IMG/VR virus record: IMGVR_UViG_2832410175_000003
Location: 32,001-96,000 of that record
Reading direction: 5' to 3' (one strand)
DNA: 64,000 nucleotides
DNA from: a virus
Lineage: Duplodnaviria > Caudoviricetes
A program made the position numbers and the translations under genes. The stretch's first letter is position 1; every line of letters begins with the position of its first letter. The notes beneath the pieces were generated by a model that did not search any database, had not been told where the DNA came from, and was given only the letters and a program-made list of their open reading frames with translations. Below, in pieces: positions 29,603-40,862 of this stretch.

Positions 29603-30028
29603 ATGGATCATTATGCATTCCACAGCAAATTTACGGACAAATACGGTATGGGGCTGGTGACCGCAATCGCTCGTATGGATTTGAGCGATGAACATATCGC
29701 AATTTATAGCAAATGGGCAGACGAAGTAGGCAAACCGACCAGTGACTTGGACAAGATGTTCGGTCGCGGAGAAACTGCAACCCTCGAAGACTGTCTCGAG
29801 GATTGCCATACAGAAGTATTCCGTCTTGTCCAAAAGGAATTCTTTACTCGGTTGACCAGAGAAAACGCAGTAGCACTCTGCAACGCATTGTTTCTCGCAG
29901 ACAGCAAAATCGAAATCTGCGAAAACGAACCCGATCTTCTCCTCAATGCGGAAAATTTCGCTTATGGATGGAACCGATTCCATCCAGAGGAAAAGAAAAT
30001 CACCAAATATATGGATTACATCGTATAA
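29603..30028 (+). CDS. Hypothetical protein with own sigmaA promoter
   Basis: Extended -10 TGTTATAAT; RBS AGGAGG. Confidence 0.7.
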   Translation: MDHYAFHSKFTDKYGMGLVTAIARMDLSDEHIAIYSKWADEVGKPTSDLDKMFGRGETATLEDCLEDCHTEVFRLVQKEFFTRLTRENAVALCNALFLADSKIEICENEPDLLLNAENFAYGWNRFHPEEKKITKYMDYIV

Positions 30029-30134
30029 TCAAATATCAACACAGTAAGAGCTTGCAACAACCTGCAAGCTCTTCTTTTTTACCCAAATTGCCGAACAAAT
30101 GTTTGGACGAACGCTTAAAAAGGAGCGAATACAT

Positions 30135-30641
30135 ATGAAAAAGAAAGTAATCTGGAGCAATTACAATCTCGATTATGAAGATTGGAAGGATTTCTTTGAC
30201 GATGAGTATCCCGATCTGGATGAAGATAAGCGCATCGACCTGATGTACGAATTGAATAACGAGCATCTTGACGACGAGCGCATGAACCTTGACATTCCCG
30301 TGGATGAAAAGATTGTCGTAATCGCCGATCTCGGCCGCTGGCACGGTCGTATTCCGGGGTATAAAGAAATCCAAGGTCGCTCGATTAAAGACTGCCTCGT
30401 TGCAAATACCGATTACGCAACATGGTATCTCGACGGCCGCGGCGACCTTTGCTGTGAAGCTATCCACCATGACGGAACCGACCACTATCTGTACCGAGTG
30501 TTCAAGCCTGACGTAAGCGACACCCGAAAGGAAAACTTCCTGAATAAAATCTGTCGCGGAACGGTAACCAGAGCAGATATAACCCGCATTACACGGCGTC
30601 TCGGTGACAAAATCGCCGAGGTATACGGTTGGAGGATTTGA
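30135..30641 (+). CDS. Hypothetical protein
   Basis: RBS AAGGAG; LexA-like box CGAACAAATGTTTG at 30092-30105. Confidence 0.75.
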   Translation: MKKKVIWSNYNLDYEDWKDFFDDEYPDLDEDKRIDLMYELNNEHLDDERMNLDIPVDEKIVVIADLGRWHGRIPGYKEIQGRSIKDCLVANTDYATWYLDGRGDLCCEAIHHDGTDHYLYRVFKPDVSDTRKENFLNKICRGTVTRADITRITRRLGDKIAEVYGWRI

Positions 30642-30655
30642 AAGGAGCGTCATTT

Positions 30656-31288
30656 ATGAAAACAGAATTTGAAGTTACGTTCGAGAAGAACAGCGTATAT
30701 CAGGCAAGACTTATTCTTGCTTCTGATGAAAAAGCGGCGGAAGCCTACTTTCGTACTATCGAACCGGAAGCCCGGTTCATCGATGTGTCCGAGAATCAGG
30801 GCGGACATAAGCCCGGAATTCCCATCGAAGAAGTTCCGGATAACTGGAACAGAATTGCTTTTGATGAGCGGTGCGACAGTGATGTGTACAACACGACCAC
30901 GTTGTATTTCACCGCGCCCCGCATGTTGCTAGGTGGCAAGTATCCGGAAGCAGTATCCGCAGAGATCAGCATTGAGTTTCCGGTTGATTATCCGCTTTAC
31001 CAAGAAGCAAGTGTCATGATTTCTCCTACGAATGCAGAAGGTAGTGATTATGACTGGTGCGAGTGGTCGATTGACGCCGAGTTCTTTGATAAATTGATGC
31101 GTCTCGCAAGCGAAACTCCGCGTCATTCTATCAATGTCGGCTTCGCCACTTCCGACATTGAACATGACGAAACCCAGTTCGATTTGGAAGACCCGAGCAA
31201 TACGGTCGAACTGGTAAATCTCATCGTACATTTTTTCGCAGAAAACCACTTCGACAACCCTGTTGTAACCTACATTGAGGAGGCATAA
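30656..31288 (+). CDS. Acidic hypothetical protein
   Basis: RBS AAAGGAG. Confidence 0.75.
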   Translation: MKTEFEVTFEKNSVYQARLILASDEKAAEAYFRTIEPEARFIDVSENQGGHKPGIPIEEVPDNWNRIAFDERCDSDVYNTTTLYFTAPRMLLGGKYPEAVSAEISIEFPVDYPLYQEASVMISPTNAEGSDYDWCEWSIDAEFFDKLMRLASETPRHSINVGFATSDIEHDETQFDLEDPSNTVELVNLIVHFFAENHFDNPVVTYIEEA

Positions 31289-31292
31289 CAAA

Positions 31293-31622
31293 ATGGACAT
31301 CACAAAACTTCCTCGCTGGAACATCGAAGAAGTGTGCGGCTACAAGCCGTTCACCACCTTCTGGGATGATTTCAGCATCGCAGATAATTTCGGTGTTGAC
31401 GCGGTTTGTGATACATATAACCGCGCTTTTCAGGAATGGAAAACCGATTATAAGTACCTGACCGAGCTGGTCATGGTGCTCAACTGGAAGATCTGGCAGC
31501 ACTACGAACACAATGAACCGCTCGCCAGACTGTATAACACCATCTGGGAGCGTGCCGCACAGTACGCTCAGGAAAACCTCAAGGGTGACGAACTCACATA
31601 TTTTTACCAGACAACGGATTAA
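31293..31622 (+). CDS. Hypothetical protein
   Basis: RBS GAGGAGG. Confidence 0.75.
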   Translation: MDITKLPRWNIEEVCGYKPFTTFWDDFSIADNFGVDAVCDTYNRAFQEWKTDYKYLTELVMVLNWKIWQHYEHNEPLARLYNTIWERAAQYAQENLKGDELTYFYQTTD

Positions 31623-31632
31623 GGAGATTTTT

Positions 31633-32019
31633 ATGGCTATCAGTTTTGAGAAAATGGCAAACGAATACAAAATGCTCCGTGAAGCAGCCGATCTTGCATA
31701 TCATAGCCTTATTGACAATGCTCATGATCGTTTTAACGAGAACCTCAAATGTTTCGTTGGCAACAACACCCTTGAATATGACGACATCGACTGGCTAATT
31801 GCTGGGCGAGGCGATGAAATTGATCGTATCGTTGCTGTTTACACCAGTCCGGAGGCCGCCGCAGAGAACCTTGCAAGGGGTTTAGGCTTGCTTTCCGACG
31901 ACAACGAAGCATATTTCAACCTGTCTGGGTTCCGAGACGATGAGATCACTCTCAGAAACGGTTACATTGAAACACCGCGTGGAGATGTCGTAGAAGTTGT
32001 TTTCAAACGTAAAATGTGA
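31633..32019 (+). CDS. Hypothetical protein
   Basis: RBS AAGGAG. Confidence 0.7.
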   Translation: MAISFEKMANEYKMLREAADLAYHSLIDNAHDRFNENLKCFVGNNTLEYDDIDWLIAGRGDEIDRIVAVYTSPEAAAENLARGLGLLSDDNEAYFNLSGFRDDEITLRNGYIETPRGDVVEVVFKRKM

Positions 32020-32271
32020 ATTTGGAAGGAGAAAACATAATGAAAGTAAAGGTACCGTTCGGGTTTGATTCTGTTGGCTACATCGAAGTAGAGGCGACCA
32101 ACCGTGAAGACGCATTCGCGAAGGCTCGTGATATCCTCGCGGAATCCGATCTGAGTGAATGCGTAAGCATGGCAGAACCGCTGTGGGATTCTATTGATGC
32201 TGACGATGAAGGGTTGATTCTTAACGAAAACGGCGAGATCGTTATGAACTACTAAGGAAGGAGTACAAATC

Positions 32272-32661
32272 ATGGGATATTATGCAAATGGCAGCGGTTT
32301 CGCAACTCTTAAAAGAGATGCGGATATTACAGAATTAAAGGACAAACTGGATGCGCTCGATGTCCGTTTTGATTGGAACATCGACAAAGACAGTGTAGAT
32401 TTCTACGAAAGCGATAAGTACTATGAAGACGAAACCATTGAGTTTCTTGACACCTTAGCACCGTATGTCGCAGAGGGTGAAGCAAATTATATCGGCGAAG
32501 ATGGTTGTATTTGGCGTTTCCGCTTCGACCCAGATGAACAGGAATGGGTTGAAGAAACCGCCACGATTGACTACAACTTCGAGTCTTATACAGACGAGCA
32601 GATGATCGAAGAATTGGACAGACGCAGCTATCTCGTACAGAAAAAGCCGCAGAGCAACTAA
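32272..32661 (+). CDS. Acidic hypothetical protein
   Basis: RBS AAGGAG. Confidence 0.7.
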   Translation: MGYYANGSGFATLKRDADITELKDKLDALDVRFDWNIDKDSVDFYESDKYYEDETIEFLDTLAPYVAEGEANYIGEDGCIWRFRFDPDEQEWVEETATIDYNFESYTDEQMIEELDRRSYLVQKKPQSN

Positions 32662-32678
32662 GAAAAGGAGAGTATATC

Positions 32679-33347
32679 ATGGGAAACAGAGCAATCATCA
32701 AAGGCGTCGGTACTAACATCGGCGTATATGTTCACTGGAATGGCGGGTACGATTCGGTACTCGCCTTTACTCAGTATTGCAAGCTGAAGGGTTACCGCAG
32801 CCCTGAAAGCGATCCTGCATACGGTACGGCACGACTCGCACAGGTAATCGGCAACTACTTTGGCGGTAGCTGCTCGGTCGGTATTGAAAACATGAGCGGC
32901 ACGACCGTTATGACGCCCGAGCTTGTCAGTGAATTATATCTTGACAATGGCGTTTACGAAATTGAAAAATGGAAAATTGTGAAGCATTGGAATCCCAATG
33001 TGATCGCTCTCGAAAACGAGTCCCATGAGGGCTACGACCTCACCGAAATGCTTTGTGCAATCGACGAATGCCAGCCGAAACAGGAGCAGCTTGGCACGGA
33101 ATTCATCACGGCTGAACTGGTAGACCCGAAAACGCTCAACCTCTATGATGAGGTTTTCATTCAGGATTTTACCGGCAAGGTTGAAAAGCATACCGTTGTA
33201 GGGTTTGCCCCGGCAAACACAAAGATGAACGGTCATTACGTAAGCAACCTGCCATTCATAGATAAATGGGGCGCTCCCGACTACGAAAACAATATAAACA
33301 ATTACCTGACGGACAAACTCGTCAGAAAAGCAAAGAAAGGGGAATAA
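32679..33347 (+). CDS. Hypothetical phage protein (MGNRAII...YVHWNGG)
   Basis: RBS AAGGAG; 222 aa. Confidence 0.75.
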   Translation: MGNRAIIKGVGTNIGVYVHWNGGYDSVLAFTQYCKLKGYRSPESDPAYGTARLAQVIGNYFGGSCSVGIENMSGTTVMTPELVSELYLDNGVYEIEKWKIVKHWNPNVIALENESHEGYDLTEMLCAIDECQPKQEQLGTEFITAELVDPKTLNLYDEVFIQDFTGKVEKHTVVGFAPANTKMNGHYVSNLPFIDKWGAPDYENNINNYLTDKLVRKAKKGE

Positions 33348-33349
33348 AT

Positions 33350-33937
33350 ATGGGATTGGATATGTACTTAATGAAAGCTCCTCGACTGGACAGCGTAACA
33401 ATTCAACAGGTATGTGCTACTGAAGAATGGTTCGGCTACTGTAAACGGCCGAACGAATATAGGACTTCTTCTTTTGAAGAATGGTGCGGCGCAAGCCAAG
33501 ATGATCTTCCTTCGAAAAAAGTCATGGAATTGCTTCGTCCGTACTATGTCGAACGGTTTGCAAGTTGGGACACAAACCATGTATATCCGCATAGTGACAT
33601 TATCCAGAATGTTGGCTACTGGCGAAAAGCAAACCAGATTCACAGATGGTTCGTCGATAACGTTCAGGCCGGCGATGATGACTGCGATTATCACGAAGAA
33701 TGCACGAAAGGTATCCTTGAAGAGCTGCTGAGAACCTGCAAACGAGTGCTCAATTCTTCGAATCCTGTGTCGGAAGCGAAAAGATGGCTGCCGGTTCAGG
33801 AAGGATTTTTCTTCGGCAGCTACGAGTACGACGAGTGTTACTTCGATGACCTCCGACACACTGTCGAAGTCATTGAAAATGTTCTCGCAACCACAGATTT
33901 TGATAACGAAATGCTCTATTATGTGAGTAGCTGGTAA
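33350..33937 (+). CDS. Hypothetical phage protein (MGLD...YWRKANQIH)
   Basis: Motif pattern MGLDMYL / GYWRKANQIHRWF / GFFFG / YYVSSW. Confidence 0.75.
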   Translation: MGLDMYLMKAPRLDSVTIQQVCATEEWFGYCKRPNEYRTSSFEEWCGASQDDLPSKKVMELLRPYYVERFASWDTNHVYPHSDIIQNVGYWRKANQIHRWFVDNVQAGDDDCDYHEECTKGILEELLRTCKRVLNSSNPVSEAKRWLPVQEGFFFGSYEYDECYFDDLRHTVEVIENVLATTDFDNEMLYYVSSW

Positions 33938-33953
33938 GAAGGAGGTGTCAAAC

Positions 33954-34427
33954 ATGACTGAATACCGCCACGAAGCAGTTGAGGTTTGCCCTCATTGCAT
34001 GGGAGAAAACACGGTGCCCGACTGGGCACCGGAAGACGGCTGGCGCACAACCTGCAAGCATTGCGGTGAACGAATTCTCTTGTGTGATGAATGCATCCAC
34101 AGGGAAGACAATCCGAGAGCGTTTTGCGATTGGGGTAATGGCCGCTGCTTCCGTGATATGGGCAACGACCCGATGGTTGAATGGTTCGAGGTTATCCGGA
34201 AGGGTGTAGGTCATGACCGCAACGCAGCTTACTGGTCAGATATCCAAGGAGAAATCCTTTGTGCAACCGAAGGGTTTGCTGAGTTGATGGCAGACCGGAT
34301 TGAAGAGCTGTACAGAAAACAGGGCGAAGAAGTGATGCTCTCTACCGGCTACTATGACCCGGAGGAAGATAAACGCAACCATGAAGAAGATGAATACACC
34401 GGTTGGTGGTATGTTGAAATCATCTAA
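33954..34427 (+). CDS. Cys-rich hypothetical protein
   Basis: CPHC, CKHC, CDEC; RBS GGAGGTG. Confidence 0.7.
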   Translation: MTEYRHEAVEVCPHCMGENTVPDWAPEDGWRTTCKHCGERILLCDECIHREDNPRAFCDWGNGRCFRDMGNDPMVEWFEVIRKGVGHDRNAAYWSDIQGEILCATEGFAELMADRIEELYRKQGEEVMLSTGYYDPEEDKRNHEEDEYTGWWYVEII

Positions 34428-34458
34428 ATACGTGTTTCATAGGAAAGGAGAAATAATT

Positions 34459-37400
34459 ATGACAGTATATGTACTTACAGTAGAAGATGAAGTTGTTGGT
34501 GTCTTCAATAAATACATGAAAGCATATGATATTGGATGTTCAAAATATAATGGAGACTTTGATATTGAAGAATTTGAAGTCGAATGACCTTACGTTGCTG
34601 TTTCCAAGAGGAGCTGAAATCTACGCTCCGGATGGGAACGAACGAGCAGAATGGAAAATTATCAACGAATCGGAGGATTCTGATGTAGAAGATCTCTGGG
34701 ACAATCTAACCGATATTCCCTTTAACCCCGAAACAGAAGAACTTGACGAACCTTATTACATCTGGCCAAAAGGAACCAACAAGGAAGATATTTGGTCTTG
34801 GTTCGATGAGCATCACAGCAAGGGCGTTGCATATCTTCTGGGATTCGCAGACTAAATAGTTAAGAGGTGAGATATTTATGACACTGATGGAAAAACTCGA
34901 AGCAGCCGGTTATCCGCGAGAAGAGATGTACCATCACGAATCTGATCTCTATGTGTTCCTCACTCCACTGACCAAGCGAGTGATTGACGAATGGTTCAAA
35001 GAAGAGGGTCTCACACGAAGCCTGTTCGTCAGCACATTCAGAGATCAGATTACTGGTAAGCCGATGTATGATGTTGCTTTCCAGTACACGCCAGCGTTTA
35101 ATCAAAGAATTTGATATTCAAGGAGAGTGCATAGTAATGTATTTCAAAACAGTCTGGGGCTTTAGCGGAACTGATGAGCAGAAGGATCTGCAAAAAGAAC
35201 AGCTCCGCGACGTGCTGACGAAGTTAGGCGCTGATGTAACGATAGACGATGTTGATCTCGACGGCGAAAAGGCGTTCGTGATCACCATCGAATCGTGAAG
35301 CGGGTATCTGAAAGGAGAGAAGACTATGAAAATCGAAGAAAAGATTGAGGAAATCCGCAAGCTCGTAAAGGAAATCAATTCCTACGATGATCTCCTCTTT
35401 ATGTATGAGGGCGACCGTATTGATCTTGAATGTGCAAAGTACGATTTGTGGGAGCTTCTGCAAGACTTATAAACGCAAAACAAGAGTCTCATAAGGAAGG
35501 AGAAAAATAAAATATGAAAATAAATGATAGATATGAAATTAGAGTGGTTGTAGTAGAACGGAAAGATGGAACTACTGGTGATGCATATGATAATTTCGAA
35601 GATTTCAAAAGAGAGCATCCTTTCAGTTCATATGAATTTGGATACGTAGTCTTTGATACTGAGTATGGATATGTTCCAGATAGTTGCAATGATTGGAATG
35701 ATAGTCCAGAAGAAGCAATGTTTGATTATGAGGAAAATTGTAAATGAAAGAAACGATGATTTCAAAAGTGGATTAAGAGGTGCAAAATGAGATTACCACA
35801 AGAAATATTTGCAGAAGCATTATGGGTAGAATGGTTTATTACTCACGGTAGTGTTCGTAAAAAGAAATTACCGGATTTATTAAGAAAGTATAATTTAAAA
35901 CTCAAAAAAGAGAAGACCTTAGATGATGTTATATTATCAATAGGTAGAGCTTTTAAAAATACTTCTTGTGTTTCTTCTAAGCAAAGAGAACGCATTGCAG
36001 AGGAAATAGACAAGGTTTGTATCATAGCTAACTGGGAAGATGCAGTTGCAAAATATAAGAAGTCCTGATGTATCCAACTCGCACAGATGTTAGAATTGCA
36101 AACGATTTCAGTCAAGATCGATATTCGAACGTTAGGAATAAGCAAACAAGAGTTTGGAGGTGATAAGATGGGACGAAAAAAGAAACAGCCAGAAGAGTAT
36201 CGTCTTCTGCCGGACGGTCAGATTTCGATGCGCTGCGGTGTTCCAATGCCGAGAAAATATCTCCGACCGAATCAAGAAAGGGTTGACAAGCTGGTTGCCA
36301 ATATGGTTGATTATGCAATCAAATGCCAAAACGAATATGTGATAAAAGAATTATCCGACATGATTAGGGAGCCGAATTTCGATAAGGCGATGGAGCATTT
36401 TCAGAATGTGTCTGACATGAACGCATATTTTGAAAGGCTGTTAGCTATCGTCAATCCCTCAGTGTATGAGGAAATCAGCAAAGAAAACGGCAATCCAGAC
36501 CAATAAAACGATGAACAGAGAGGAGAAAACACCATGGATGGAGCTTTCCAGAACAAATGCTTTGGCCTACCCGATGATTTTGATTGTGATAGCTGTCATT
36601 ACAACGTTGGTTTTCAAACCGGCTGGGGCGGTGTTGTAGGTCCTTGCGGACAGCAGAATTGCTGGTACTCCTGCACAGCTTGTATGTATAACAACGGCGG
36701 TGAATGCTATGCAGAAGATATAGTTGAAGACGGCGATGAATAAATACGATTGGGAGGTGACTCTACATGATCAAAAACAGATACTGCAAGCGATGCGGCC
36801 ATAAAGTCAAGCGAGAAACCACGAAGGGATTACGGAAAGAATATCCGTATTATTGCCCTTATTGCGACGAGAACATGTACAGGTTTGAGACTGTGAAACA
36901 TCGTTCTGAGAAGACGAATGGAGTGGAAATCAGAGTTTAAGATTTTCACAACAGCATAAAGCGAATGTTTGGATAAAATTCGTTTCCGGAATATATATAT
37001 AGAGAGAAAGAAACAAATAAAGGAGAAAAAAGATATGAAGGATGAGCTTTGGCAGTATATTTTGGATAATTTTACAATTGATAATGATGGAAGAAAGATA
37101 ATCTGCAATATCCTTGACTGGATTTGGCTTCAGTCGATTGATAAAGAAGATACAGTTAATACATTACTGATCCTTTTAGATGGAATTGGTATCGAAAAGG
37201 AAGAGATTGAGAAATTTGTTAACTGGGATTAAGCAATAAAGTGCGTATTGGGCATGAAAACGATGTTTAGGAGGTAATTATGAATTACATTGCATTACAA
37301 AAAGCTCAGGAAGAGCTCAATCTCACGCCAGCAGAAAAGGAACGCTACGACACTCTGACTGCAATGCACCATCTCGTAATGTGCATGAACGATGAAACTG

Positions 37401-37570
37401 CATACATGACGTGGATTTGGTCAGTTCCAGATGAAGCAAGCGCATATGACCTTGCCGATATTGCTAAGGAAAAGGACGAGTTTGACGGTGTCGTAAGACT
37501 TTTCAAAAAGCTCTGGAAGAAATACGCCGCAAGCGATTCCGGTTTATGCATCGGAAGAACAACCTATTAA
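34459..37570 (+). other. Run of ~11 small hypothetical CDSs (e.g. 34878-35114, 35514-35747, 35787-36068, 36168-36506, 36534-36743, 37035-37232, 37280-37570)
   Basis: Co-oriented short ORFs with RBSs; some AT-rich. Confidence 0.7.
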
Positions 37571-37649
37571 AATTGAATCCGTATAAAATAATGACACAAG
37601 CAGGAGCCAACAGCTCCTGCTTTTTATATCCAAATAGGAGGTATACATC

Positions 37650-38345
37650 ATGAATAATAACATCAAGGAAAAAATCGCAAAGCTCCTCGCACTGGCAGAG
37701 TCCCCGAATGAAAACGAAGCGAAAGCCGCTCTTCTCAAGGCTCGCGCCCTCATGGCTCAGCATAAGCTCCGTCCGGAAGAGTGCACCGGCAAAAAAGAAA
37801 AGGTCGTGACCAAGGTTCTTGCCGATATCAAGTGCACGACCATGACCGACTTCTGGATTTACAAGCTGAGCGACGTGATCGCCAAGCATTATTGCTGCAA
37901 GAATTACTGCCGCAAACCGCCGCGCAGCAAGGCACTCACGATTATTTTGATGGGTCTTGAAAGCGATATTGAAATCGCCGAGCGCATCCTCCGCTACGCA
38001 ATTGACTGCGTCAAGAGGGAACAGCGCACCATTCATCACACGAGAAAGTGGCAGGGTTACAGCGCAACCGATATCCGCCTTGCCTGCAACGCTTACGGCG
38101 ACGGCTTCGTTGCCGGTCTCGATCAGGAATACCAGAAGCAGGACGCCGAGCATCAGGAGTGGGGACTGGTCATGATGACGCCGAAGGATGTGCAGGACGC
38201 CTATGGCAATCTCAGCATGAAAACGAGCACGTCTCATGCAAGAACCGCCGGAGCCTGGGCGAATAAGTACCGCGATCAGGGTGTAGAGCACGGACGTTCT
38301 TTCAAACCTGACCAGCGCCTTCACAATACCGCAATCGCAAGATAA
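37650..38345 (+). CDS. DUF2786-domain protein
   Basis: IKEKIAKLLALAESPNENEAKAALLKARALMAQHKL. Confidence 0.85.
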   Translation: MNNNIKEKIAKLLALAESPNENEAKAALLKARALMAQHKLRPEECTGKKEKVVTKVLADIKCTTMTDFWIYKLSDVIAKHYCCKNYCRKPPRSKALTIILMGLESDIEIAERILRYAIDCVKREQRTIHHTRKWQGYSATDIRLACNAYGDGFVAGLDQEYQKQDAEHQEWGLVMMTPKDVQDAYGNLSMKTSTSHARTAGAWANKYRDQGVEHGRSFKPDQRLHNTAIAR

Positions 38346-38357
38346 GGAGGAATCGTT

Positions 38358-38855
38358 ATGATTGTATTCGCAGTATCTCAGCTTCGCAGTTATTACGACT
38401 GCGGAGAACGATATTTTGGCACCGAAGGTATTTTTCTTACTTACAAGGAAGCAAAGGAATTTATCAAGCAGGAGATTGACGATATCATCTCCGGTTCTAA
38501 CATAGACGACCATGAGACATTCTTCGGCTCGGACGACGAATTCGAGGACGAGGTGTCTTTGACTGATAATTCCATCTCGAGTTTCGGTCACAAGTTTCAA
38601 TGGGATATTTCGCCTGTTACATTGAAAAAATCTGTGAAACAGAAGGTTTTCGAAACCATCCAGCACGAAAACGATATTGAAGATATCAAAAATACTATCG
38701 AGGTCGAAGACGATCTGATCTACGACCATATCCGCGATATTTCGATTGACACCATGAACCGTATGGCATACCTCAAACGCGAGAAGGAAGACAACGGCAT
38801 GGCGTGGAACGATGCCGCATCCGCAGCATTCCATGAAGTAATCAACCAGCAGTAA
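38358..38855 (+). CDS. Acidic hypothetical protein
   Basis: RBS AAGGAGG. Confidence 0.7.
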   Translation: MIVFAVSQLRSYYDCGERYFGTEGIFLTYKEAKEFIKQEIDDIISGSNIDDHETFFGSDDEFEDEVSLTDNSISSFGHKFQWDISPVTLKKSVKQKVFETIQHENDIEDIKNTIEVEDDLIYDHIRDISIDTMNRMAYLKREKEDNGMAWNDAASAAFHEVINQQ

Positions 38856-38873
38856 ATAAGGAGTGTATACATT

Positions 38874-39485
38874 ATGACTATCAATACCAATATTAAGATC
38901 AGCCCGGGCAATTCCAAGATGGGAGCAATCCCGTCCGTCAGCCTGCCGGCCATTAAGACCTGCCGCGACTGCAAATGCAAAGAGAAGTGCTACGCAGCTA
39001 AGCTGGAGCGTCTGAGACCGACCGTAAGAAACGCCTACCAGCATAACCTCAAGGTGCTCCAGAGCGACCCTGAGACGTTCTGGAGAGAAGTAGAGGCAAC
39101 CGTAATGCTTAACCGGTACTTTCGGTTCCACGTCAGCGGCGACATTCCGAGCAAGGATTATCTGCTCCGCATGATCGGTATCGCCGAGCGCAATCGGCAT
39201 TGCGAAATCCTGTGCTTCACCAAGCGATATGATTTTGTAAACGCTGTCTTGAGTGACGGCAAGCATATCCCCGACAATTTACATCTTATTCTTTCCGGCT
39301 GGGTTGACCTTGAAATGGTCAATCCTTTTTCTTTACCCGAAGCGCACGTTCGCTTCAAGGATGGCACGACGACCGCAAGAGCAGATGCAAAGCCGTGCAA
39401 CGGCAACTGTGCCGAGTGTGCAATGACTGACACCGGCTGTTGGACGCTGAAGCGCGGCGAGCAGGTTGTGTTCAACGAACATTAA
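38874..39485 (+). CDS. Gp88-like Cys-rich phage protein
   Basis: NSKMG..SVSLP, CYA, FRFHVSGD, FTKR, C-terminal CxGxCxxC. Confidence 0.7.
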   Translation: MTINTNIKISPGNSKMGAIPSVSLPAIKTCRDCKCKEKCYAAKLERLRPTVRNAYQHNLKVLQSDPETFWREVEATVMLNRYFRFHVSGDIPSKDYLLRMIGIAERNRHCEILCFTKRYDFVNAVLSDGKHIPDNLHLILSGWVDLEMVNPFSLPEAHVRFKDGTTTARADAKPCNGNCAECAMTDTGCWTLKRGEQVVFNEH

Positions 39486-39825
39486 AACGACCGAACGAAA
39501 ACAACAAATCCGACCGATTGGAGGAATCAAAATGAAAAAAATCTATGTTCTGCGCTACTGGTACGATAATGAAGATAATTCTGGCGGCGAAGTAATCGCC
39601 GCCAGTGAGAATCTGCACACGCTGAACAGCATTATGCGTGACAGCGTAAAGCGCAGCGGTGTTCTGGATGAGGAGGAAATCGAGTGGGACGAGGACGAAA
39701 CCGAGTTCCTGACCGACGATCCCAACCAGATGTATGTCTGTTACTCTTTTTATTGCAGTCCCTGCAATTACGCAAAAACCGTGTGGGAAATCACCGAAAC
39801 CGAAGTGAAATAAGGAGGGAAAGAC

Positions 39826-40356
39826 ATGAAAAAGATTTACAAATGCACCGAGTGCGGCAAGCCGTTCACGCTTGACGATTGTGAGCTTCCCGAGCCGCGC
39901 ACCATCAACAATGACACAAAGCACGAAAGAATTGTCTGCGACACTTGTTTTGATAATATGTGGGACAACGATGACCTCACTCATTGTGATAACTGCGGAA
40001 TCTGGTTTGAGAACAAGCTCATTCATGAGGAAATCATCAGCGACCATTGTTTCGCTCCGTGTCCGAAGTGTGACCGCGATATCATCGACGGCATGACTCG
40101 AGAAGAGCTCCTCGACGAAGAGAACCCGAGCTTCGCAGCCACTTTTGCCTACGATGACGGCGACAATGCCACTTATCTCTTCCCGACGGAAGAAAAGCGC
40201 ATCGTGTTTATCGACCAGAGGATCAGAGACCTCAAGGAGGACGGCACCTATCTCGGTTCGGCCAGCATCCATCCCGATGCACTCGTTGTCATCACCGAGG
40301 ATGCAAACAGGAAAAAGCACCGTATGCAGATCATTAAGAGCAACATTTATCGATAA
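39826..40356 (+). CDS. Multi-Zn-ribbon protein
   Basis: Four CxxC motifs. Confidence 0.7.
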   Translation: MKKIYKCTECGKPFTLDDCELPEPRTINNDTKHERIVCDTCFDNMWDNDDLTHCDNCGIWFENKLIHEEIISDHCFAPCPKCDRDIIDGMTREELLDEENPSFAATFAYDDGDNATYLFPTEEKRIVFIDQRIRDLKEDGTYLGSASIHPDALVVITEDANRKKHRMQIIKSNIYR

Positions 40357-40367
40357 GGAGAATATTT

Positions 40368-40769
40368 ATGAACGACAGAGACATTCGCCGCGGCGACATT
40401 TTTTACATCAAGAATGACGACAACGCAGTAGGCTTCGAGCAGAAGAAAACCCGACCGGCAATCATTGTATCCAATAACGCCAACAATCGCGCTTCCGGCG
40501 TGGTAGAGATCGTGTATCTTACCACATCGCAAAAGCATCGTCCGCTTCCGACTCACATTCGAGTTCGCGGTTACGTTCCGTCCATTGCTCTCTGTGAGCA
40601 GGTTGTGACGGTCGATGTGAGCCGCCTGATGGAGCGAATCGGCTCCTGCAGCTACGATGAAATGGAGGCGGTCAATTGCGGACTGGCGGTTTCGCTTGGG
40701 TTAAAGAGTGTAAATAGTTACTCGTATCAGCAGGTTAGAAGTGAAAAGCCGTGGTTATTTGCCAAATAA
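40368..40769 (+). CDS. mazF: MazF/PemK-family endoribonuclease
   Basis: RRGDIFY...GFEQKKTRPAIIVSN...LTT...PTH...ALCEQ. Confidence 0.9.
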   Translation: MNDRDIRRGDIFYIKNDDNAVGFEQKKTRPAIIVSNNANNRASGVVEIVYLTTSQKHRPLPTHIRVRGYVPSIALCEQVVTVDVSRLMERIGSCSYDEMEAVNCGLAVSLGLKSVNSYSYQQVRSEKPWLFAK

Positions 40770-40798
40770 ATTGTTCACAAATTATTAACAGGTTTCCG

Positions 40799-40827
40799 CG
40801 TCCTTTTTTCGGGTCAGACGTATAGTA
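40799..40827 (+). promoter_or_regulatory. Phage promoter motif CGTCC-N16-GTATAGTA (copy 3)
   Basis: Upstream of repA. Confidence 0.75.
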
Positions 40828-40862
40828 GATAGTATAGGGAAAAAACTCGGAGGACAAAGAAA

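Noticed and set aside
35490-37240. AT-rich patches as an inserted mobile element
   Set aside because: No transposase or terminal repeats; consistent with normal phage mosaicism
37503-39266. 587-aa minus-strand ORF (also 24864..25964, 39472..40320)
   Set aside because: Antisense to well-supported plus-strand genes that happen to share frame
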